64,000 nucleotides of DNA from Deltaproteobacteria bacterium (lineage in GTDB: Bacteria > Myxococcota > Kuafuiibacteriia > Kuafuiibacteriales > Kuafuiibacteriaceae), in contig JAVJQW010000008.1 in the NCBI GenBank assembly GCA_040218735.1, positions 352,001-416,000 of the forward strand, given 5' to 3'. Numbering within the stretch: the first letter of the stretch is position 1; each line of letters begins with the position of its first letter. The position numbers were made by a program, and so were the translations under genes. Shown piece by piece: positions 8,701 through 16,000 of this stretch. Below the pieces are notes generated by a model, which was not told the DNA's origin, made no database searches, and saw only the letters and a program-made list of their open reading frames with translations.

Positions 8701-9302
8701 GCGTGGCCGAGCCTGTGGTGTACGACAATCGGAGACACCGCCTCCAGACCCCGTCCGGTCTCGAGTTCGACGGTATGCAGTGGGTCCCCGGGCACACCGG
8801 GGCGCTCCCTCCGCTCTACTCACCGAGCGCCTTCGTGTTCGACCCGAGGACCGGTCGAACCCTTGCACACGGCGGGTACATTCGTACCGATATCACGCTC
8901 AATACCTATCTTCTTTCGGCTCCAGACCGCAGCTTCGCGAGCGTCCGCTGGGAGATCGATGCTCGGGGAACCGAGCTCCCCGTCGAGGCCCTTCGGGACG
9001 TCACGTTCGTCGTCAATGCTGGCGGTACGGGTGGCGGTGATGCGCAACCCGAGCACGGCTACGCCTTCGAAGTCTGGACCAACGGTCGCTACCTCGAGAT
9101 CGGTCGAAGTTCGGCGCCGGCGGACAGCGTCGCTCGCTCCGAGTTCAATTTTTCGCATGACGTGGACCGACGGGGTGCGCTGGGCGACGACGGTGTCATC
9201 TACGTCCGGCTCCGTTCGCTTGGAGCAGATCTCGGGTCCACACCAGCAAGACTCGACATCGACGCACTTCAGGTGGACGTGCGCTATGCGAGCGCGAACT
9301 AA
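5751..9302 (+). CDS. Large surface lipoprotein with Ig-like stalk and kelch-like (TWxWDG) beta-propeller
   Basis: Lipobox AAAGC; Ig-like segments (VDQTAPVAP, VDAAG); repeats VVLFGG...DTWIWDG. Paralog of 33912-37823. Confidence 0.8.
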   Translation: MKKSRCVALAFLVAAAAGCADEAGSFELTLGWAGGVAPELPQAVHVQARILDSNDQIVANSPNVPYRSGVELAFERVPYDRRLIAVVEIRAAAADTSQVLYHARSNPFVLQVGTQTTVNVLFDLTPGPGVVDPVAISIPRRVRSGTVDLEVSPGDASRVMLSNSSAFNSARVVDLVSGESLQTVRWDLNDGLPSDLPCISEPSDVCPRRVYASFEDEFQNRSLTVSAETTLDNLPPTIVDGSTSIQLVPTSSSARNDPSTSSYAVSAVLRFTASEPLAVVPVVRALSESQTVVLERTNVTANTHTYQWTPARDVAEDTYRCQVLLRDSAANESSVDLDASHNVIVDQTAPVAPRVEGNGGLRYMRRPWGDTTSASPRWTVEGDVSSVEPGAKVEIERVGVGIVGTQEARADGSVGPIVLQGADSASVRARSVDAAGLASPWVEIRDIAWTATMNGKIRGSGASNPHRIVHLGGEVRQCLWHANDGLGGTEPLQADLDGLGLQGDARSYAVQSERTWSLRRPAEVSGLRANAGVVTASEPITGRLLLHSDHDTPGIDQESWSWDGDMWTFLGRGSGPRHRGLATIAVEPKRARIIVFGGGDMTWQHLDELWRWDGLVWTQLNPPVSPSPRSDPTMAGNPATGNVVLFGGRDDTSDLGDTWIWDGEGWEHRAVVGPTARSRVGLAYDEPTRKVVLFGGAAGTDLLNDTWVWDGERWTEVSVPAPPDAARVPIMATDPDTGGAVLYGDRAHWRFEGSHWQLIDDPVTKGPTNYSATLSGALRTGGFLSFDTRPGLGSGQVFSAFHGDRFNFGNNPNEPLLGALLGDPGEDVLLYKRDAAQLRTWPINGLGWGVIRTVNDPPREVATDPMTLELMGIDWVDAPGGCQREQSAYGFPWTVVVPSGPRPPANCAITSLQMALDAGRGRVIAFEPPDLTWEWDGLAWRSVVTLNTPTGQYVHAPSLGGLVAVGSDAIKRFDGSTWMTVGPGVAEPVVYDNRRHRLQTPSGLEFDGMQWVPGHTGALPPLYSPSAFVFDPRTGRTLAHGGYIRTDITLNTYLLSAPDRSFASVRWEIDARGTELPVEALRDVTFVVNAGGTGGGDAQPEHGYAFEVWTNGRYLEIGRSSAPADSVARSEFNFSHDVDRRGALGDDGVIYVRLRSLGADLGSTPARLDIDALQVDVRYASAN

Positions 9303-9400
9303 CACTCGCCGAAACGGTCGGCGCCGTGACGCTGCACCCCGACGGACACGAGACCGGTCGGCGTTGGCGGGGCTCGAGGAGCTCGGGTGAGGCCGACTGG

Positions 9401-11785
9401 TCACCGCCCCCCGCGCAACCTCGCGTCTCGCTTCTCGACCAACTGCGCCAGGCGCGCCTCGCGCACGCCCACCAGCACCTCGTCGCCTTTCGCCCCTTCG
9501 ACCCGTGCGCGCGCGATCGCGATCCTCAGGCGGTGATCATCCCCGACGTCGCGGGCCGCCTGCTCGCCGATGCTTCGCAGCACCGCGTCCGCCGACTCCG
9601 TTTCTCCCAGGGCGATCCGCGCGCGCTGTAGCAGGTACTCCGCCTCCAAGCGCTCCCAGTGGCGGGCGTGCAGGATCTCGCTTCGCACCGACAGGCACCG
9701 CTCCGCGAAGCGCTTCGCCTCCTCGGCGTCGCCCTGCAACAACGCGAGCTCACTCGCGACCGCGTCCAGCTCGGCCATGCGGATGTGTTTCCCGTCCACC
9801 GTGCGCTCGAACTGCGCGCGGCTCGCCGCCAACAACTTCGCCGCCGACTCGAGCTCACCCTTCGCCATGAGAACGCGCGCGAGCACGAGCTTCGCGCGCG
9901 CGCCGATGTACACCGTGCCCTCGCCCTCACACAGCGCGACCGCCTCGCGCGCGATCCGCTCCGCTTCGTCGAAGTCACCCCGGAGCAACGCCACCTCCGC
10001 CAGTCCGCGCGTCGCGCGGCTGACGTCCGGGTGCTTCGAGCCCCGGCGCTCTCCGATCAACCGGCCGCTCTCCGTGAACGCCGCCTTCGCCTTCACCAGG
10101 CGGTCCCCCGCGAGCGCGATGATCCCCACGTCCAGCAACAACCAACCCTCGACCTGCGTGTTCGTGAGTTGTCGCGCCTCGACCCCCCTCATCGCCCGGT
10201 CGAGGAAGTCCAACGACTCGTCGATCCTCCCCTCGTACTCGAACATCAGGTCCGCCATCGCGATGAACGAACGCGCCGTCTGCAGGTCCAAGTCACCGAA
10301 GAGCTCCCGCCGGATCTCCAACGAACGCCGCAGATGCGGCTCCGCGTCCTCGAAGCGCGACAGCCGCCGGTACGCGACCCCGATCGACTCCCGAACCGAC
10401 GCCTCGACCTCCGGGTGCTGACCCAGATCCTCCTCGATCGAGCGCGACGCGATACCCATCACCTCGAGCAACGACAGCTTCCCGCCCCCGTACTCGGGGT
10501 CGACGTGGAACAGCACCTTCTGAAGGAACGCCGACGCCTTCGCCGCATTATCCGCGCGCCGCGCCGCGAGCGCCTCGGCCTCGCGCGCGTCCTGCAGCCC
10601 CACCCACAGACCAATCACGCCCGCCAAACCCGCGATGAACACCAACGCGACCGCCGAGCTCAAGTACCGCTTGCGCTTGACGAACTTGATCAGCCGATAG
10701 GCCGCACCCGGCTTCCCCGCCTGGACCGGCTCGTCCACGAGGTACCGCCGAACATCATCGCGAAACGCGCTCGCCGACTCATAGCGGTGCGTCCGGTCCT
10801 TCGCGATCGCGCACATCACGACCCGGTCCAGGTCCCCGCGAAGCGCACGCGGCCACCGGCTCGTCCGCGCGCTGGGTTTCACGGGATCGACTTCTCGGAT
10901 AATCCGGCGAATTTCTCCGTACCCACCCGATCGAAGCGCGTTCGAATCGAACGGCAACTCACCCGTGATGATCTGGTACAGCATCACGCCGAGTGAGTAG
11001 ACGTCGGTGCGTGTGTCGACATCGAGCCCCGACATCTCCGCCTGCTCCGGTGACATGTACTCAGGCGTCCCGATGAGTTGGCCCTGCTCGGTGAAGAACG
11101 TGTGCTCCGACAGCCGCGCCGAGGTCGCCTTCATGACCCCGAAGTCGATGATCTTCGGCGCCGGACCCGAATCCTGCACGGCCACCAGGACGTTCGATGG
11201 CTTGATGTCCCGGTGGATGATGCCCTTCTGGTGCGCGTGGTGAACCGCGTCGCAGACCTGCAGGAACAGCTCGAGGCGATCGCGCAGCGCCAGCTCGTGG
11301 GTGTCGCAGTACTCGTGGATCGGCACCCCCCGCACGAGCTCCATCACGAAGAACGGACGCCCGTTGTCCGTGCTCCCCGCATCGAACACCCGCGCGACAC
11401 CGGGGTGGTCGAGCATCGCGAGCGCCTGCCGCTCGGCCTCGAAGCGCGCGATCACCTCCTTGGTGTCCATGCCGAGCTTGATCACCTTGATCGCGACGCG
11501 CCGACGGATCGGCTGCGTCTGCTCCGCGGCGTAGACGACGCCCATGCCGCCCTCGCCGAGCACTTCGAGCACGCGGTAAGGCCCGATCCGTTCCGGCACC
11601 GGGTCGATGACCGGGGCGGTCTCCACACCCTCGGCGCGTTCGTGCGCTTCGAGCAGTCGCCCGAGTCGCTCGATGCGTTCCGCATCTCCCGCGTGCCGAA
11701 TCGCGATGTAGTGCCGCCGGGCCTCCGGGCTCTGATCGAGCACCTCGTGGAACAGGTCGATCTCCGAAGTCGAGTCCGCGCTCAT
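9401..11785 (-). CDS. Ser/Thr protein kinase with transmembrane helix and C-terminal TPR repeats
   Basis: LGEGGMGVVY, VAIKVIK, HRDIKPSN, DFG and YMSPEQ; a transmembrane segment; TPR_12-like repeats (AEPHLRRSLEIRRELFG). Confidence 0.93.
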   Translation of the reverse strand: MSADSTSEIDLFHEVLDQSPEARRHYIAIRHAGDAERIERLGRLLEAHERAEGVETAPVIDPVPERIGPYRVLEVLGEGGMGVVYAAEQTQPIRRRVAIKVIKLGMDTKEVIARFEAERQALAMLDHPGVARVFDAGSTDNGRPFFVMELVRGVPIHEYCDTHELALRDRLELFLQVCDAVHHAHQKGIIHRDIKPSNVLVAVQDSGPAPKIIDFGVMKATSARLSEHTFFTEQGQLIGTPEYMSPEQAEMSGLDVDTRTDVYSLGVMLYQIITGELPFDSNALRSGGYGEIRRIIREVDPVKPSARTSRWPRALRGDLDRVVMCAIAKDRTHRYESASAFRDDVRRYLVDEPVQAGKPGAAYRLIKFVKRKRYLSSAVALVFIAGLAGVIGLWVGLQDAREAEALAARRADNAAKASAFLQKVLFHVDPEYGGGKLSLLEVMGIASRSIEEDLGQHPEVEASVRESIGVAYRRLSRFEDAEPHLRRSLEIRRELFGDLDLQTARSFIAMADLMFEYEGRIDESLDFLDRAMRGVEARQLTNTQVEGWLLLDVGIIALAGDRLVKAKAAFTESGRLIGERRGSKHPDVSRATRGLAEVALLRGDFDEAERIAREAVALCEGEGTVYIGARAKLVLARVLMAKGELESAAKLLAASRAQFERTVDGKHIRMAELDAVASELALLQGDAEEAKRFAERCLSVRSEILHARHWERLEAEYLLQRARIALGETESADAVLRSIGEQAARDVGDDHRLRIAIARARVEGAKGDEVLVGVREARLAQLVEKRDARLRGGR

Positions 11786-11795
11786 GCCACGACCG

Positions 11796-12347
11796 TCACG
11801 CAGACATGCGTTCGAAGAGCCAGGCGCGCGCGTAAGTCCAGTTACGCTTCACCGTCGACGCCGACTCCCCGAGCACCTCGGCCGTCTCTTCGACCGTCAT
11901 ACCCGCGAAGTAGCGGAGCTTCACGACCGACGCCAGGTGCGCGTTGTGCGCTTCGAGCGCTTCGAGCGCGCCGTCCATCGCAACGATGTCGATGTCCGGG
12001 TCGTCCGCCGCCACGTTCATCTCGTTGAACGTCACACGGTTCATGTCACCACCGCGCTTCGCCGCGCCGCGTTTGCGCGCGTGCTCGACGAGGATCCGAC
12101 GCATCCCCTCCGCCGCCGCGCCGAAGAAGTGCGCGCGGCTCTCCCAGCGCGGCTCACCTTGCACGAGCCGCATCCACGCCTCGTGCACGACCTCCGTCGG
12201 CTGCAGCGTATGACCCGGTCGCTCGCGGCGCATACGCGCCCCCGCGAGGCGCCGGAGCTCGCCGTACACCTGTTCGTAGAGCTGCCGGCTCGCTCCGGCT
12301 TCGCCTTCGCGCACGGCCTCCAGCAGGTAGGTGACGTCCGACGACAT
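11796..12347 (-). CDS. ECF sigma factor of the kinase-associated (TIGR02999/ECF43-like) type
   Basis: VYGELRRLA, HTLQPTEVVHEAW, RRILVEHARKRGAAKRGG and region 4 VKLRYFAGMTVEETAEVLG; lies 10 bp upstream of the kinase. Confidence 0.9.
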   Translation of the reverse strand: MSSDVTYLLEAVREGEAGASRQLYEQVYGELRRLAGARMRRERPGHTLQPTEVVHEAWMRLVQGEPRWESRAHFFGAAAEGMRRILVEHARKRGAAKRGGDMNRVTFNEMNVAADDPDIDIVAMDGALEALEAHNAHLASVVKLRYFAGMTVEETAEVLGESASTVKRNWTYARAWLFERMSA

Positions 12348-12434
12348 CGACGCGCCGAGTGTAGCTCAACCCGTCCGGAACGTGAGCCATTTCGTCGGCC
12401 GTTTGCGCATGAAGGATTGCATGGGTGAAGTCCG

Positions 12435-12878
12435 ATGAGCCCCCAATGCTACGCATCGCTCGACGAAGTCGAGGCGCTGATCGCGAGGTTCGAAGCGGGC
12501 GAGCTCCCGCTGCGCGAGTGGACCCACGCGACGCACCTCACCGTCGGGGTCTGGTATCTACTGCACCTCCCCGAGCACGAAGCGGCGGCGCGCACGATCG
12601 ACGGCATCCGCGCGCACAACCGCGTGCACGGGATTCGCCTGGGCGCCCACCGCGGCTACCACGAGACCATCACGCTCTTCTGGCTGGCGGTGACCCGCAG
12701 CTTCCTCGACCGCGTCACGAAACACGACGCGCCCCTCGAGCTCGTCAACGCGTTCGTCGCCGAGCTCTCGCATCGCTCGTCGCTGATCTTCGACTTCTAC
12801 AGCCGCGCGCGCCTGCAGTCTTGGAAGGCGCGCCACTACTGGATCGAGCCCGACCTCCAGTCGCTCGCTTCGATCTGA
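12435..12878 (+). CDS. Conserved hypothetical protein (WTHxxHL / YHETIT type)
   Basis: Host-like codon usage and a natural-looking helical sequence with His-rich motifs; function not recognisable. Confidence 0.7.
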   Translation: MSPQCYASLDEVEALIARFEAGELPLREWTHATHLTVGVWYLLHLPEHEAAARTIDGIRAHNRVHGIRLGAHRGYHETITLFWLAVTRSFLDRVTKHDAPLELVNAFVAELSHRSSLIFDFYSRARLQSWKARHYWIEPDLQSLASI

Positions 12879-12925
12879 ACCCTCTCGCCATTCCTGACTT
12901 CCCGACGTCGACTCGAAACGACGAA

Positions 12926-12963
12926 ACGGTCATCGGCGCTTCCTTCGAAGCTCCGATGACCGT
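12926..12963. terminator. Strong hairpin between convergent genes (possible bidirectional terminator)
   Basis: ACGGTCATCGG-C-GCTTC-CTTC-GAAGC-T-CCGATGACCGT; a second GC hairpin at 13000-13018. No clear U tract. Confidence 0.5.
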
Positions 12964-13026
12964 CGCTTGGATTTTGCTGACTCGAGGGGAGGGGGCGCGG
13001 CCCGGCAGGACGCCGGGCGTTATGGC

Positions 13027-16000
13027 CTAGTTGGCGGGCTCGTCGTAGAAGAAGTCCAGGCTGACGTTGCTCGGGTACTGCGAGCTGCTCAGCAGCCGGC
13101 TCTGCGCCGGGTACGACGTGACGGGGGGGTGCGCGTCCATCCGAACGGTGTTCCGGGTGTCGGTGCTGTCGACGGTGCTCACCGAGTCACGGAGCTGGTT
13201 CACCCGCGGTCGGGTCGCGCCAGGATTCGCCCGCGGGTTGATCGTCCCCGCGGTCGCCGGGTCCATCCCGTTTTCACGAAGGAGCCGCTCCAGGGCGTTG
13301 TCGTCGAAGTGCCCAGCACCGGGATCGCCGATGAGGTCGAACGAACCCAGCGAGTTCCCCCGCGGGCGACCAATCCGCAGTCGCGGCATCCGCATGTTTC
13401 CGATCCGGCGCGCAGCGCCGCGGAACGGCGCGCTGACCCACCGACCGAAGGTGCGCGCGCCGCTCAGCATCCCACTCCCGATGCCGCGGAGTGACGGCAT
13501 ACGCAGCAGACCGCTCGGGTCCGTGAACGAGCCCGGGTTGTTGAGCACGTAGCTGTACCGCGCGACCGCCTCCGGAAGGCGCTCCGGCCGGACCTCGGAC
13601 ACGGCGGTGAACGCCGGGTCGGGGCTCATCCACTGGCCCGTCTGCGTCGAAAGGTAGCGGTGGGCGAAGCGCACCAGGCCGGTGTGCGGCTCGTGCTCCT
13701 GACCCGTGTACCCGTACCGGTCGACGTGGCCCGCCGCCGCCGAGACCTCACCGAAGTCGGAGAAGCTGCGGCGCCCGAGCACCGAACCGTCGTCGCCCGT
13801 CGCGAGGACGATCGAGCCGAGGTGGTCCTGGTGGAGCGCGACCACGTCGGGGCGACCCTCGGCGAGCATCTTGCGCGCGACGGTCGCGAGCCAACGCTCG
13901 TGACCGGCGACCCCGTCGATGCGCGCGCGGTACGCGCCGCCCGCGTCGACAGAGCCGTTCGTCCCGAGCCAGGTGGCCGCGAAGTCCGCCGACTCGAGGC
14001 GAGCCACGCGCTTGCGGTCGATGCGCACGTAGACGACGCCGATGCCGTCGTGAACCTCGAAGTCCGCGTCGACGTAGTGGGAGACCTCGTCGCCGTCGTG
14101 ACGCGCAATGCGGTAGTGGTCGGCGCCGTACACCGAGCGCACGTCACGCGGACCGACGCTCGCGACGAGCCGACCCTGGAAGTCCCAGGTGTTCTCGAAG
14201 CCGTTCGCCGAGACGACGTTACCGGCCGCGTCGTACGCGATCGAAGCGCTGCCGACCGCCACGGGGGCGCCCGGTCGTGCGTCGTAGCGGTACTCGGCGC
14301 CGCTCTTCGCCAGCACGTTGTCGAGCAGGTCGAAGGCCATCGAGTCCGTCCGGTCGCCGCGAGCGATCTCGGTCGAGCGGTACCACGCGTCGTACCCGTA
14401 CGTCGTCGGCGGCATCATCGCCTCCGCCGCCGAGTCCGCGAGGTCGACCACGTTGTTCGAACGGTCGCGCCGGAGCTCGATCGCCTGGAGCGTGTTCGAT
14501 CCGGAGGCGACCGAGACGCCGTCGAGGCGCAGCCGCGAGTCGTAGCGCGTCTGCTCCACGACACCGTTGGTGTGCATCAGCTCGTCCTGCAGCCCCTGGT
14601 CGTTGTAGGTGACCTCGTCGATCACGCCGGGGATGCCGACCACCCGCGAAGCGCCGTCGTACGCGAGCTCGAGGTTGCGGCCGTCGGGGAAGACACGCTC
14701 CACCGTGCGGTTCGCGTTGTCGTAGCGCGTCTCGACCGAGTACGTCTGGCCCTCGATGACTCGCGTCATCAGGAACGGCCGACGACGCACGTCGTAGCCG
14801 AAGAAGTCCGCGCCGCCGGGGTACGTACGCGCCGTGATGTGGCCGGACGTGTTCGGGCAGCGGCTGAGCTCGCAGTCCGACGAGAAGTCGTACTGCGTCG
14901 CGATCAGCGTGCCGTCGCGGTTGGCCGCGTCGAAGCGTTCGATCTCGCGGTTCAGGCCGTCGAACCCGTAGGTCACGGCGATCCCGCGCGCGTCGACGCG
15001 TCCGATCATGTTGCCGGCGTCGTCGTACGTGAACGTCGTCGTACCCGAGTTCGGATCCTCCACGCGGACCAGGCGGCCGAGCGCGTCGTGCTCCTGCTTC
15101 TTCGCGTGGCCCATCGCGTCGACGTAGCCGGCGGCGAAGCCCAGCGCGTCGTACTCGAGGTGCGTCACGGCGGACTCACCGACGAGGCGTCGCTCGGTGG
15201 CGACGAGTCGGCCGAGGCCGTCGACCGTCTCGATCTCGGGCGTGTCGGCGTGCGGGCTCGAGGCGTCGTTGTCCTCGCCGTCGAGCTTCACCGTGCGAAG
15301 CGGGAGGTAGGCACGACGACTGAACGAGGCGCCACCGGGGACGTCCTGGTCTTCGTGCTTCTCTTCGATCATCCGACCGACACCGTCGTAGCGGAACGTC
15401 CGCGACCGCGTGCTCGCGGGCGGCGCGACGTCACACTCAGCCGAGCCGCTGGTGTAGTGCTGGAAGACCTCGATCGGCTCGGAGCGCAGGTTGAACCGCG
15501 TGAAGCCATCGACGACGTACTCACCGGCGTCGACCATCTTGCGCGTCTGGTACGTGCGGCCACGTCCATCGACGCAGGCGATCGATTCGATGTCGAGCGC
15601 GCCACCGACCTCCGAACGGCGCCGAGTGATGACCCGCGTGGTGGGGTTGCCAAGCTCGTAGGTGTACTCGATCGACGGGCTCGCACCGGTGTCACCACCT
15701 GGGAGGAGCGTGCTCGCGATCCGTCCGAACGCATCGTAGGTGTACGCGGTCGCGTCCGCCGCGGTGACCGCGGTGTCGCCCTCGACGCGCATCCACGAAG
15801 ACGCGAGGACCGGCTTGTCGAACAGGTCGTCGTGCTGGAACGTGCGGCGGAGTCGGTACGCCGTGCCGTCCGGCGAGGTGTTGAGGAGGTCCGTCTGGAC
15901 CACGCGCAGGCCGTCGGCGTCGTAGGTGTAGACGCGACGGTGATCGGCGCCGCCGATGGTGCCGTTGGGATCGATCGTCTCGACCGCGTTGCCGTGGACG

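Noticed and set aside
5281-9302. Integrative genomic island at selC
   Set aside because: No integrase is present, and I saw no distal copy of the tRNA 3' end; the only duplicate is 204 bp away.
12435-12878. Immunity gene for the RHS cargo
   Set aside because: It is convergent rather than co-transcribed, is separated by hairpins, and resembles a widespread stand-alone family.
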